From: an uncultured bacterium
GTDB lineage: Bacteria; Patescibacteriota; Minisyncoccia; Moranbacterales; GWC2-37-73
Direction: 5' to 3'
Assembly: GCA_903885965.1 (NCBI GenBank)
Contig: CAISKQ010000057.1
Location: forward strand, 1-59,101
Length of the DNA: 59,101 nucleotides
A model generated the notes under the pieces. It was not told where the DNA came from, made no database searches, and was given only the letters and a program-made list of their open reading frames with translations. The translations under genes and the position numbers were made by a program. This document shows positions 29,132 to 39,495 of the stretch, in pieces (within the stretch, counting starts at the first letter, position 1; each line of letters begins with the position of its first letter).

Positions 29132-29726
29132 ATGGAACAACTTGGACAAACTACTCTTGATTTTCTTAGGCACTATGGCTACTGCGCTATGCTGCCTGCC
29201 ATTGATGGTTGTGGAAGGCGCTGGCGCAACGGTTGTTTGCGCAATGCTGGCGTCTTTGGGAGTTTTCTTCTGGCCTTTGGTTTTGTTTTTTTCAATTCTG
29301 GGAGATTTGATTGGCAATGTGATTTTGTATTGGGTGGGTTATCGTTGGGGCATGCAGTTTGCGGCCGGCCGGGGAAAATATCTGGGGCTTAATGAAAGGC
29401 GAGTGCTGAAAATGGAAAAATATTTTCATCGGCACGGCGGTAAAACTCTTTTTGTGGTCAAATCAATGACGGGCCCTTATTTGCTGGCTTTTATCACAGC
29501 TGGGATTGTGAAAATGAATTTTGAAAAATTTTTGCGCTATTCTTTTTTGGGCGCGATTGCTTGGAGCAGTTTTTTTGTAGCGATGGGCTATTTCTATGGT
29601 TATCTCTGGAAAAGCATCGCGCGCTATGTCAGTTGGGCCGGGATCGTTATTTTGGTTGTCACAATTGTCATTTTTGTCGTGCTTGGGTTTTATGAGAAAA
29701 AGCAATCAGAAGAATTTTTAAAATAG
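29132..29726 (+). pseudogene. DedA paralog, frameshifted
   Basis: N-terminus MEQLGQTTLDFLRHYGY matches the next DedA; a 4-nt duplication CTGCCTGC at 29192-29199 shifts the frame. Confidence 0.8.
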
Positions 29727-29771
29727 TTTTTTGCTTTCAATATTTCCCAAACCAGCCTATAATTGAAAAAT

Positions 29772-30362
29772 ATGGAGCAAACAGGACAAATCATTTTTCA
29801 ATTTCTCAAACACTACGGCTATTTCGCCATGCTGCCGCTGATGATCGTGGAGGGGCCAGTGGTGACCATCATTGCGGCAATGCTGGCCTCACTAGGGGCT
29901 TTTGCTTGGCCAGTGGTGCTTTTGTTTTCAATTTTGGGTGATATGCTTGGCGATGTGCTACTTTATGGCGCAGGGCGCAAATGGGGTATGGGTTTTGTGC
30001 ACGGTCCAGGAAAATATCTGGGCATTACGGAAAAGTTGGTTTTGAGAATGGAAAAATATTTTCAAAAACATGGAGGCACAACAATCTTTGCGGTCAAATC
30101 GACCACTGGGCTTTGCTGGGCGACTTTTGCTGCAGCCGGCATCGTGAAAATGGATTTCAAAAAATTTCTCAAATATTCTTTGCTGGGCGGAGTGGTGTGG
30201 AGCGGCTTTTTGGTCGCAATGGGATATTTTTACGGTTATCTCTGGCGAAGTATCAAGCAATACATCAGCTGGGTCGGCTGGATTATTTTTGCAGCCGCTA
30301 TTATTTCTTTCATCGCTATTACACTTTACAAGAAAAAACAAGCAAAGGAATTTCTGAAATAG
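29772..30362 (+). CDS. DedA family membrane protein
   Basis: MIVEGP, LGDMLGDVLLYGAGR, YFQKHG, AAGIVKM. Confidence 0.92.
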   Translation: MEQTGQIIFQFLKHYGYFAMLPLMIVEGPVVTIIAAMLASLGAFAWPVVLLFSILGDMLGDVLLYGAGRKWGMGFVHGPGKYLGITEKLVLRMEKYFQKHGGTTIFAVKSTTGLCWATFAAAGIVKMDFKKFLKYSLLGGVVWSGFLVAMGYFYGYLWRSIKQYISWVGWIIFAAAIISFIAITLYKKKQAKEFLK

Positions 30363-30454
30363 TCATAATGAGTGTGCATTTTTTAGGCTGCCATTAAGTG
30401 CAGTTTTTTCTTGCAAAAAGACGCTAAAAAGGTTAAAGTTGGAAGTATAAAATC

Positions 30455-31303
30455 ATGGTAAATCAAATCATAAAATTGGCAGAAAAGGCTGTTGGAAAAG
30501 CGAAAAGTATCCTTTTCGTTGATCCGAGACTTTTATATAAAAAAGAGCGGCATTTGATAAATCAACCGTTTTTTTGGGAGGGCTCAAATGGCAAAGGAGT
30601 TTTGTTGGTGCATGGTTGGTCATCAACCGCCTATGAAGTTCGCCGGCTTGGAAAATATTTAAATGAAAATGGTTATACAGTTCTGGGTTTGATGTTGTCT
30701 GGTCATGGCACCGTACCGAAAGATTTGGAGGGTGTGACAGCTCAGGACTGGATAAATGATGTCGAAGAGGGATATGGGAAACTGAAAAAAAATTGCGAAA
30801 AAGTATTTGTCGCAGGGACCTCAATCGGCGCCAGTATTGCTTTAATTTTAGCTGAGCAAGAAAAAGAGATGTCCGGGATTGTGCTGATGGCAACTCCGCA
30901 CAAATTACGTTTTGAGAGGATTGGCGTTATTTTGGTGAAATTAGCACTTTTTTTTAATCGAAAACAATATCGCACTAAATTTTATCCGCCGACTTTCGGT
31001 TCAGCCGAAAGCATTACCCGGATGATTTCTTATCAAAGTTATCCAGTGGCCAGCGTGTTGGAAGTTTTTGAATTGGTCAGGCGGGCGCGCAGAAATCTTG
31101 GCAGCATTTCCCAACCATGTTTGCTGCTTCAATCTACCCATGATCACATGGTCACCAAAGATAGTATGGAAAAAATTTATGAGAAAATAAGTTCCAAGAA
31201 AAAAAAGAAAATCTATATCCAAAAAGCTTATCATACTTTTATCCCTGACATCAAAAATCAGCACGTGTTTAAGGACATCCTTAATTTTTTTGAGGAGAAT
31301 TAA
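30455..31303 (+). CDS. Alpha/beta hydrolase (carboxylesterase/monoacylglycerol lipase-like)
   Basis: LLVHG, GHGT, GTSIG nucleophile elbow, catalytic D and H near the C-terminus. Confidence 0.9.
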   Translation: MVNQIIKLAEKAVGKAKSILFVDPRLLYKKERHLINQPFFWEGSNGKGVLLVHGWSSTAYEVRRLGKYLNENGYTVLGLMLSGHGTVPKDLEGVTAQDWINDVEEGYGKLKKNCEKVFVAGTSIGASIALILAEQEKEMSGIVLMATPHKLRFERIGVILVKLALFFNRKQYRTKFYPPTFGSAESITRMISYQSYPVASVLEVFELVRRARRNLGSISQPCLLLQSTHDHMVTKDSMEKIYEKISSKKKKKIYIQKAYHTFIPDIKNQHVFKDILNFFEEN

Positions 31304-31310
31304 CAAAGCT

Positions 31311-32537
31311 ATGCGCATCGCCATTTTTACAAATAATTATCTTCCAAATCCATACGGCGTCAGTGGTTCAATCGAAAGTTTTCGCAAAGAACTCGAGCGA
31401 ATGGGCCACACGGTATACGTCTTTGCGCCGAATTTTAAAGGCTATGTGGATGAAAATGAAAATGCTTGTCCGTCGGAGAGGCGGGTTTTTAGGTATCCAG
31501 CAATTGATTTTAAATTTAAGGACATTAGGTTTCCAATTGCAATTCCATATTCCTGCCTCGGTGGCAGACAAGCCTACCGAATTAGTAGGCTTTTGAAAAA
31601 ACTTGAGCTAGATATCATCCACTGTCAACATCCAAACCTTTTAGGCTGGGCTGGGGCAAAATGGTCCAAGAAAAAAAAGGTGCCACTGATCTTTACTTGG
31701 CACACCCTGTATAATCACTATGCTCATTTTGCACCATTGTTACCAGAAAAATTTGCAGCTAATTGGGCAATTAAGAATGCGAGAAACTTTGCCAATGCAG
31801 CTAATTGTATTATCGTTCCAACGCCATCAGTAAAAGAAATGATTTTGCGTTGGGGAGTTTCGAACAAGAATATTGTCTCGATTCCATCCGGGGTTAATGG
31901 GAGTGAATTTGAAAACGCCGACAAGGAGAGTGTGCGCAAAGAACTTGAAATTGCTGAGGATGAAGTCGCCTTACTACTGGTTTCTCGCATCACAGATGAA
32001 AAAAACGTAATTTTTTTGGCTAATGTAATTGCGAGAGTTCTTAGTGAGGATAAAGAAAGTAATCTCAATAAAATAAAATTTATTCTTGCTGGGGATGGGA
32101 ATAAGCTCAGTGAAATTAAAAAAATATTTTCCCACGCCGGTGTTGATGAAAAAGTTTCTTATCTTGGTCTTATTGCTGGAGAACGACGAAAAAATGTGTA
32201 TGCCGCCGGAGATATTTTCGTCTATGCTTCGAAGTCTGAAACTCAGGGCATGATAATTTCCGAAGCTATGTATATGGGTTTGCCAGTCGTGGCCTTGTCT
32301 GCAACTGGTGTAAATGATATGATTACTAACCAGGTTACAGGATTGTTAGTTAAAGAAAATGAACAAGAATTTGCAATGGCCATACGTAGGTTAGTAAATG
32401 ATGAAAAGCTTAGGAAGAAATTTTCTGAAAATGCTGGCAAAATCTCAAGGCAATGGTATACCTCAGCAGTTTGCACTCAAAGACTAATTTCCTTGTATGA
32501 AAAAACGATTTTGGAAAGTAAAGAAAGAAAAAACTAA
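31311..32537 (+). CDS. GT4 glycosyltransferase (diacylglycerol glucosyltransferase-like)
   Basis: MRIAIFTNNYLP..GVS, FTWHTLY, EKN, SETQGMIISEAM. Confidence 0.9.
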   Translation: MRIAIFTNNYLPNPYGVSGSIESFRKELERMGHTVYVFAPNFKGYVDENENACPSERRVFRYPAIDFKFKDIRFPIAIPYSCLGGRQAYRISRLLKKLELDIIHCQHPNLLGWAGAKWSKKKKVPLIFTWHTLYNHYAHFAPLLPEKFAANWAIKNARNFANAANCIIVPTPSVKEMILRWGVSNKNIVSIPSGVNGSEFENADKESVRKELEIAEDEVALLLVSRITDEKNVIFLANVIARVLSEDKESNLNKIKFILAGDGNKLSEIKKIFSHAGVDEKVSYLGLIAGERRKNVYAAGDIFVYASKSETQGMIISEAMYMGLPVVALSATGVNDMITNQVTGLLVKENEQEFAMAIRRLVNDEKLRKKFSENAGKISRQWYTSAVCTQRLISLYEKTILESKERKN

Positions 32538-32592
32538 ATTTTAGTGTAATAAGAACTAGACGCATTAATTTATTAAAAGAAACATAAAAGAT

Positions 32593-33198
32593 ATGAATGA
32601 AGACTTTCTAGAAGAAATAGAGGAATTTTATGATAGACCAATTATTGGAAAACAGCTTCCTGATTTTCAGCTAAAGGCGTTTCATGAGGACGATATAAGG
32701 GACATAAAGTTTTCAGATTATAAGGGAAAATGGATTGTGTTGGTTTTTTATCCTGCAGACTTTACCTTCATTTGCCCAACGGAGCTTGCTGCTGTGGCTG
32801 AGCTTTATCCTCAATTTCAAAAGCTTGGGGCGGAAGTTTTGAGTGTCAGCACGGACACTGCTTTTGTCCACAAAGCTTGGCACGACAGTTCTCCGATGAT
32901 TAAAACGGTAACCTTTCCAATGATTGCTGACCCGACTGGTGTGCTTTGTAAGGCACTCGGAACGTATATTCCACAAGAGGGTTTGTCGCTGCGAGCCACC
33001 TTCATCATTGACCCGGAAGGAATTGTCAAAGCTATGGACATTCATGATAACAGTATTGGTAGAAGCAGCGATGAGATTTTGCGCAAGCTTCAAGCAGCAA
33101 TTTTTGTCAGGGAGCATAAGACCGAAGTTTGTCCAGTCAACTGGCATCCTGGTTCCAAAACCCTTAAGCCAGGGTTGAAATTGGTTGGAAAACTATAG
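32593..33198 (+). CDS. ahpC: Peroxiredoxin AhpC
   Basis: FYPADFTFICPTE, HKAW, EVCP. Confidence 0.95.
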   Translation: MNEDFLEEIEEFYDRPIIGKQLPDFQLKAFHEDDIRDIKFSDYKGKWIVLVFYPADFTFICPTELAAVAELYPQFQKLGAEVLSVSTDTAFVHKAWHDSSPMIKTVTFPMIADPTGVLCKALGTYIPQEGLSLRATFIIDPEGIVKAMDIHDNSIGRSSDEILRKLQAAIFVREHKTEVCPVNWHPGSKTLKPGLKLVGKL

Positions 33199-33286
33199 TC
33201 AGCTTTTTGGATTTTAAATTTTAATATAAAAGGATTTTTTCTTCGCACTGAAAAGCTGAGAAGTTAATGTCTGATAAACTAATTTT

Positions 33287-33874
33287 ATGTATGAAATAAA
33301 AAAATTTGATCATTTGTTAGGCTTGGAAGGATTTTCTGACGAGCTACTTAAAAATCATTTTACCTTGTACGAAGGTTATGTGAATAATATCAATAAGCTT
33401 GTTAACCTTACAGCTGAAATGGTAGAGAGTGGCAACGGGGCAACGCCTGAATTTGCTGAGACAACTCGAAGATTTGGTTGGGAATTCAATGGCATGAGAT
33501 TGCACGAACTATATTTTGAGAATTTGATGAAAGGTGGATCTATTCTTGATCCTGTTTCACCTTTGGGCAAAAAAATTATCGAAGAATTTGGGTCCTTAGA
33601 AAAATGGGAGAAACACTTTCGAGCAATTGCGATGATGCGAGGAATTGGTTGGGTTATTTTGTATCGAGATAATTTTACAGGGGCACTTAATAACGTTTGG
33701 ATTAATGAGCACGACGGAGGGCATTTGGCTGGATCAACACCGATCCTCGTGATGGATGCTTTTGAACATGCCTACATGATTCAATATGGTCTGAAAAAAG
33801 CTGACTACTTGGAAGCATTCTTGAAAAATGTCTGCTGGCACGTGGCCTGTGGTCGCTTTGCTGAGGCGCAGTAA
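33287..33874 (+). CDS. Fe/Mn superoxide dismutase family protein
   Basis: HFTLYEGYV, LHELYF, DAFEHAY. Confidence 0.9.
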   Translation: MYEIKKFDHLLGLEGFSDELLKNHFTLYEGYVNNINKLVNLTAEMVESGNGATPEFAETTRRFGWEFNGMRLHELYFENLMKGGSILDPVSPLGKKIIEEFGSLEKWEKHFRAIAMMRGIGWVILYRDNFTGALNNVWINEHDGGHLAGSTPILVMDAFEHAYMIQYGLKKADYLEAFLKNVCWHVACGRFAEAQ

Positions 33875-33899
33875 GATTTTTTACGAAAATAAAAATGAT

Positions 33900-33930
33900 A
33901 AAAGGCTCATCACAAGAGATGAGCCTTTTT
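33900..33930 (+). terminator. Intrinsic terminator
   Basis: AAAAGGCTCATC...GATGAGCCTTTTT. Confidence 0.85.
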
Positions 33931-33953
33931 GTTTAAAAATATAAAAGGTTGTT

Positions 33954-34057
33954 ATACCGAATTAGCTTAATTCATTCCACCATATTTAGGGACTAAGTCC
34001 CCTATAGGGGACTTAGTCCCTTTGCGTTAAGTAGCACTAATTTAGTTAATTCGGTAT
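33954..34057. mobile_element. MITE/REP-like element A, copy 2
   Basis: TIR ATACCGAATTAGCTTAATT...AATTTAGTTAATTCGGTAT; central GGGACTAAGTCCCCTATAGGGGACTTAGTCCC. Confidence 0.72.
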
Positions 34058-34183
34058 TAGCTGGTAACCATAGGACAAATATAAAAAGCCCTTCTTTGGG
34101 AAGAGCTTTTTTGAAGATGGCAATGTCTCTATGCCAGATTTTTCATTAAACAAAAAGTTTTTATAAATTTTTATAAGTTACTC

Positions 34184-35059
34184 TCATCTTTTTAATTTCA
34201 TATGTATTAAATATGTTTTTTTGAAATGAGCAGGTGGAACTAATTTAGTAGGCAATAGAATAAATTTAGCTTTTAATTTTTTAATCTGGGAAGTTGAAAG
34301 TCTTTTAAATAGGGAAAAGAAATGGGTGGCAAGCTGAAAATGGGCCGCGAATAATTCATAGAAGAAGAATGAAAGAGCAATCAACATCGATGAAATATAT
34401 AGAAATGCAACTAGTGGAACAGGAGATAACTTTTCGGACATTGTGGTAAGGACTTTTCCTGCTGAACTAAAATTAGGGTAGGAACTTTTTTGAGAGTTGT
34501 CAGTCAGGGTGGTGCTGTTTGCAATTAAATTTTTGTTGGAGGCAGCGCCAGCAACTGCTTTTTCAACTGGCAATTCATTGGCTTTGGCGCCAAATTCTTG
34601 AACTGTTACGATTGTTTGTTTTCCATTAATTTTGCCAGTTATAACGGCAACACCAATTTCTTTATATCTAATGTTTAGAATATTTTTTTTGTGGCTTTCA
34701 CTTTTCATGAATGCATCATGTTGTGATTGTGGATCAGCGAAATTTATTGCAAGATTTTCTCCGGCAAATAAATAGTCATAACCGCTGCGACCAATCCATT
34801 GCCATGGGGTTATGCCATCTGGTGAAACGTGGGCAAAATAATTGTGCAAGATCATGTCGTTAGCTTTCCCTGTGGCAGCTTGAGTCAGCTCCTGGTTGAC
34901 TTTCAGTGGTGGGATGTTAAGGTTGGCTCTGTCATTATTGACTAGGTCGACAACTGATTGGGAATTGAAAACAGAAGCAAAGCAACTTTGAAAAGGAGCT
35001 ACTAGTATATAGGCTGCTAGAATTAAGAAACATCCGTTTTTAAATAATTTTTGAGACAT
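34184..35059 (-). CDS. CAP/SCP domain exported protein
   Basis: VNNDR, YFAHVSP, AGENLA, SESHKKNIL, VQEFG; signal peptide and C-terminal TM. Confidence 0.9.
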   Translation of the reverse strand: MSQKLFKNGCFLILAAYILVAPFQSCFASVFNSQSVVDLVNNDRANLNIPPLKVNQELTQAATGKANDMILHNYFAHVSPDGITPWQWIGRSGYDYLFAGENLAINFADPQSQHDAFMKSESHKKNILNIRYKEIGVAVITGKINGKQTIVTVQEFGAKANELPVEKAVAGAASNKNLIANSTTLTDNSQKSSYPNFSSAGKVLTTMSEKLSPVPLVAFLYISSMLIALSFFFYELFAAHFQLATHFFSLFKRLSTSQIKKLKAKFILLPTKLVPPAHFKKTYLIHMKLKR

Positions 35060-35272
35060 TTAAATAAAAGAAAAAGGGCGCTTCACCCGAGTGAAACGCC
35101 CTTTTTGAAGACATTTATACCTTCATTATACACCTTTTTAGGGAAAAGTCAATCTCTCTCTAGGTTATATAATTTTATAAATAAAATCTTGCTTAGCTTC
35201 TGCCCGTTTGATTCCCCATCCCGCTAGCAAAATAAAAACATCCAGGGTAACCCTAGATGTTTTTAAATTTTG

Positions 35273-35344
35273 AGCGGGTAGGGGGAATCGAACCCCCCTC
35301 CTCAGCTTGGAAGGCTGATATAATAGCCACTATACGACACCCGC
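35273..35344 (-). tRNA. tRNA-Gly(UCC)
   Basis: GCGGGTG/TACCCGC acceptor, U73, anticodon loop CTTCCAA. Confidence 0.93.
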
Positions 35345-35512
35345 TTTATTTAACTCTTCCAATTATACTGGAAATAATTTTTTTGTCTAGTGTTGGCATT
35401 TCTTTGCTGATTTTTGGTATGGACAAAATGAAAAAAGTATGCTAAGCTTGAAAAGTCGTAAAAGGCGGGTGATTTTCACCCACCTTTTTAATTTTTTAAA
35501 AAAAACAAAAAA

Positions 35513-36613
35513 ATGATTCAAGCAAGCATCTTCCCTGGACGATATGTCCAAGGAGCAGGCGCACTTTCTCGCCTAGGAAAAGAAGCATCAAGATTTGGAA
35601 AAAATGCTTTCGCAGTTTGCGATCCTTTTGTAATTGAATCCATTATTCCTGCCTATGAAGAGGGAATAAAAAAGGAAATTGAAATTGTGTTTGAGAAATT
35701 TAATGGGGAATGTTGCGACAAGGAAATAAACAGAATAGTCGAATTAGTTAAAAGTGACACAAGCCAAGTCGTTATTGCTATTGGTGGTGGAAAAACAATT
35801 GATACCGCCAAAGCTGTTGCGCATAGTTTGTCTTTGCCGGTAATTATCGCTCCAACAATTGCTTCTACAGATGCGCCTTGCAGCGCGTTGTCTGTTATTT
35901 ATACCGATGAAGGAATTGTGGACCGTTATCTTTTCCTGCCAACAAATCCAAACAGTGTGCTTGTTGATACTTCGGTTATCGCTAAAGCTCCAGTGAGATT
36001 TTTAGTTTCAGGAATGGGCGATGCACTTTCTACTTGGCTTGAGGGACGCTCTTGTCAGTTGAAATATGCAAACAATTTTGCAGGTGAAAAAGGTTCTATG
36101 ACGGCTTATGCGCTAGCTGAACTTTGCTATGATACTCTTTTGGAATATGGTGTGGCTGCGAAAGTCTCAAACGAGGCTGGTGTTGTAACCCCAGCTTTTG
36201 AGAAAGTTGTTGAGGCAAACACCTTGCTTAGTGGTCTTGGTTTTGAAAGTGGTGGAATTGCATCTTGCCACGCTGTACACAATGGTTTGACAGTACTACC
36301 TCAAACACACAAATATTTTCATGGAGAAAAGGTTTCAATTGGAGTTGTTACTTCTTTGTTTCTTACTGACAAGCCTGCTGAAATCATTGATGAAGTCTAT
36401 GAATTTTGTGAATCGGTTGGTCTACCTACGACACTTGCACAAGTTGGCTTGATTGAACCTAGTGATGAAGATCTTATGAAGGTAGCTCAACGAGCATGCG
36501 CTGAAGGAGAAACAATTTATAATGAACTTGTTCCAATCACTCCTGAGGCAGTATTTTCTGCAATTAAAGCAGCTGATGCTTATGGAAAATCAAGAAAAAA
36601 AGGATTATACTAA
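35513..36613 (+). CDS. gldA: Glycerol dehydrogenase
   Basis: PGRYVQG, GGGKTIDTAK, ASTDAPCSALSVIY, HAVHNG, HGEKV. Confidence 0.93.
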   Translation: MIQASIFPGRYVQGAGALSRLGKEASRFGKNAFAVCDPFVIESIIPAYEEGIKKEIEIVFEKFNGECCDKEINRIVELVKSDTSQVVIAIGGGKTIDTAKAVAHSLSLPVIIAPTIASTDAPCSALSVIYTDEGIVDRYLFLPTNPNSVLVDTSVIAKAPVRFLVSGMGDALSTWLEGRSCQLKYANNFAGEKGSMTAYALAELCYDTLLEYGVAAKVSNEAGVVTPAFEKVVEANTLLSGLGFESGGIASCHAVHNGLTVLPQTHKYFHGEKVSIGVVTSLFLTDKPAEIIDEVYEFCESVGLPTTLAQVGLIEPSDEDLMKVAQRACAEGETIYNELVPITPEAVFSAIKAADAYGKSRKKGLY

Positions 36614-36643
36614 GTTGAAAATGAAAGTTGAAATAGCGAAAAT

Positions 36644-36674
36644 AAAAAACATCCCATTTGTGGGGATGTTTTTT
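36644..36674 (+). terminator. Intrinsic terminator
   Basis: AAAAAACATCCC...GGGATGTTTTTT. Confidence 0.8.
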
Positions 36675-36812
36675 GTGTTAGGGATTTTAGTTGTCCACTT
36701 GTTGTGGATAAGTCGGTGGATATCTTTTGCAAAACTGCGTCAATGGCGGACATTTTTGGCAAGAGAGCAGTCTTGCTGGTTTTCTTGCCTTGTGGTATTA
36801 TTATCTAACGTC

Positions 36813-36828
36813 ACACTATATATAGTGT
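36813..36828. promoter_or_regulatory. NrdR box
   Basis: ACACTATATATAGTGT palindrome matches the NrdR consensus, 33 nt upstream of nrdA. Confidence 0.75.
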
Positions 36829-36860
36829 TTTAAGCTAATAATATAAAAATAACAAAAAAT

Positions 36861-39476
36861 ATGAGCATTAAACAAGTTAAGCTGCGCAGTGGAGAATTAG
36901 CAGCTTTTGATCGGGGAAAAATTGAAAGAGCAATTGAACTAGCTTGCGATGCTACAGGAGAAATTGATAATGGCTTTATTATAAAAATGGCAGATGACAT
37001 CATTGCTGAGCTTATTGCTTTTTCTGGCGACAGTCTGAATCCAAGCATTCCTGGTGTGGAAACAATCCAAGACATTACCGAGAAACATTTAATGAAGGAC
37101 GGGATGTATGAAATTGCCAAGGCTTTTATTTTGTATCGCAATAGACAAAGTGAAAAGCGTGACGAGAAAAAGGAAAAATTGCTAAAGCAGTTTGAGAGGC
37201 ATTCTATGCAGGTTATTAAGGCAGATGGCAAGAAAGAACTCTTTGAAATTGGCAAAATTAAAAATGTTTTCGATCGCAGCGTGGTTGGATATGAAGAATT
37301 TTGCTTGTTTGAAAATTTGCTGGAAGCTTTCAAAAAAAATATCGTTGATGAAATTAAAACTTCAGACATCAATAAATTGCTGGTTAAAACTTGCATTGAC
37401 TTGGTGACGGTAGAAAATATTCATTGGCAAGAGGTTGCCGGACGCATTGCGCTGTTTAATTTGTATAAGGAAGCAATTCGCAATCGTAGCCTTGAGCACG
37501 ATGATGTGTATAGTCCGCAGTCGGTGTTGGCACTTTTTCATGAATATATCGAGAAAGGTTTGTATGCCAAGGAATTGCGGCAGACTTATAGCGACGAGGA
37601 AATTCTGCTGGCCGCCAAAAGCATTGATGGAAAATTAGATTTGACCTATGGATACACAACAGTGCTCTCACTCCAAAAGCGCTATTTGCTTAATCCAAAT
37701 AAGATCATTAAAGAATTGCCACAGGAAATGTATTTTTTTGTGGGCTTGTTTTTGGCGATGCCGGAACCAAAAGAAACGCGGGTGGAAACAGCCGTGCAGA
37801 TGTATCTGGCTTGCGCTCAGCAGAAAATTTCGCTGGCAACTCCATCACTCATGAATGCGCGCACAACTTTTCATCAGCTTTCGAGTTGCTTCAAATTGAA
37901 TGTGGATGATGATCTTCGGGCGATTTACCATTCGATTGAGAACATTGCGCAAATTTCAAAATTTGGTGGCGGAGTCGGGGTCTATCTTGGAAATATTCGT
38001 GCGCGCGGAAGTGCAATTCGTGGAGTGATGGGCATGTCAGGAGGTGTTAATCCTTGGGTGAAAGTTATTAATGACACAGCAATTGCAGTCAATCAGCTCG
38101 GTTCACGTCTGGGAGCAATTTCCGTGACGCTCGACATTTGGCACCACGATATCTATGATTTTTTGGATTTGCAAACTGAAACCGGCGACATCAGGTCTAA
38201 GGCTTTTGATATCTTTCCGGCGATTTCAATCCCTGATCTTTTCATGAGGAGATTGCAAAACAATGAGGAAATTACACTTCTTGATCCACACGAGGTTCAA
38301 AAGTTGCATGGGAAATGCTTGCAGGACACTTTTGGTCTGGAATTTGAAAAATTTTATGCAATTTTGGAAAAAGATGAGCGAATCAAAATGAAAAAGGTTG
38401 TACCAGCCAAAGAACTTTTCAAGAAATTTTTGAAAGTGGTAGTTGAAACTGGGATGCCATATGTGTTTTTTCGTGATACGGTCAATAGACTTAATCCGAA
38501 CAAGCATGTAGGAAACATCTACTCTTCGCAGCTCTGCACAGAGATTTGTCAGAACACTTCAGCTTCAAAATTCGTGGAAGAGACATTGGAGGATGGAAAG
38601 ATTTTGATTAAATATGAGCCAGGCGACACTGTGGTTTGCAACTTGGCATCAATCAATGTTGCCAAGGTAAACACGTCAGAGGCGATTGAAAAGATTATCC
38701 CCATTGCAATGCGGATGTTGGATAATGTAATTACGCTGAATTATTATCCAATTCAGGAGGCAAAGAGAACTGCGATGCGATATCGTTCAGTTGGCTTGGG
38801 ATATCTTGGTTTGGCGGAGTATCTTGCCACACAAAAAATTGCCTATGATAGCGAGCAGGCACGAACCGTTACGGATGAACTGTTTTCAAAATATGCGCTT
38901 GCAACTTATCGAGCTTCAGTTGATTTAGCTAAAGAGCGCGGAGCATATCCGCTCTATAAAGGGAGCGAATATGATAACGGAAAAATTCTTGGTCGTAGTC
39001 AGCAGTGGTTTGTGGAAAACACTAAAGATGGTGAGAAATGGAAAAAACTTTTTGCGGATATGAAAGTTTCCGGAGTTCGTTTCGCCTATAACACGGCGCC
39101 TGCCCCAAATACTTCAACTGCTGGCGTAGTTGGCACGACTGCTGCACTGCTGCCGATTTATAAAAAATTTTTCGTGGAAACAAATCTTTCAGCACCGACG
39201 GTGCGGGTTGCTCCAAAGCTTAGCAAGGAAAATTTTTGGTACTACAAAGAATATATCAACATGGATATGAATGAAGTTATTGATATGATGGCGGTGCTTT
39301 ATAAATGGATAGATCAATCAATTTCTTTTGAGTGGATGATTGATCCTTCAAGGGTTAGCCCGGCGCAGCTCTATGAATATTATTTGAAATCATGGAATAG
39401 TGGAATTAAGACTGTTTATTACGTACGTAGTCTTTCGGGTGAGGTAAAGGATAATTGCGTTAGTTGCTCTGGATAA
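36861..39476 (+). CDS. nrdA: Class I ribonucleotide reductase alpha subunit, two ATP-cones
   Basis: ATP-cones (VKLRSG, VIKADG), LSSCF, QLCTEI, CNLASIN, KTVYYVR, CVSCSG. Confidence 0.95.
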   Translation: MSIKQVKLRSGELAAFDRGKIERAIELACDATGEIDNGFIIKMADDIIAELIAFSGDSLNPSIPGVETIQDITEKHLMKDGMYEIAKAFILYRNRQSEKRDEKKEKLLKQFERHSMQVIKADGKKELFEIGKIKNVFDRSVVGYEEFCLFENLLEAFKKNIVDEIKTSDINKLLVKTCIDLVTVENIHWQEVAGRIALFNLYKEAIRNRSLEHDDVYSPQSVLALFHEYIEKGLYAKELRQTYSDEEILLAAKSIDGKLDLTYGYTTVLSLQKRYLLNPNKIIKELPQEMYFFVGLFLAMPEPKETRVETAVQMYLACAQQKISLATPSLMNARTTFHQLSSCFKLNVDDDLRAIYHSIENIAQISKFGGGVGVYLGNIRARGSAIRGVMGMSGGVNPWVKVINDTAIAVNQLGSRLGAISVTLDIWHHDIYDFLDLQTETGDIRSKAFDIFPAISIPDLFMRRLQNNEEITLLDPHEVQKLHGKCLQDTFGLEFEKFYAILEKDERIKMKKVVPAKELFKKFLKVVVETGMPYVFFRDTVNRLNPNKHVGNIYSSQLCTEICQNTSASKFVEETLEDGKILIKYEPGDTVVCNLASINVAKVNTSEAIEKIIPIAMRMLDNVITLNYYPIQEAKRTAMRYRSVGLGYLGLAEYLATQKIAYDSEQARTVTDELFSKYALATYRASVDLAKERGAYPLYKGSEYDNGKILGRSQQWFVENTKDGEKWKKLFADMKVSGVRFAYNTAPAPNTSTAGVVGTTAALLPIYKKFFVETNLSAPTVRVAPKLSKENFWYYKEYINMDMNEVIDMMAVLYKWIDQSISFEWMIDPSRVSPAQLYEYYLKSWNSGIKTVYYVRSLSGEVKDNCVSCSG

Positions 39477-39495
39477 TTCAAAATAAATAACTAAT

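Noticed and set aside
36830-37396. 188-aa antisense ORF and the many other shadow ORFs over valS, nrdA, rpoBC and pilB
   Set aside because: They lie opposite or within well-conserved genes and have no recognisable motifs.
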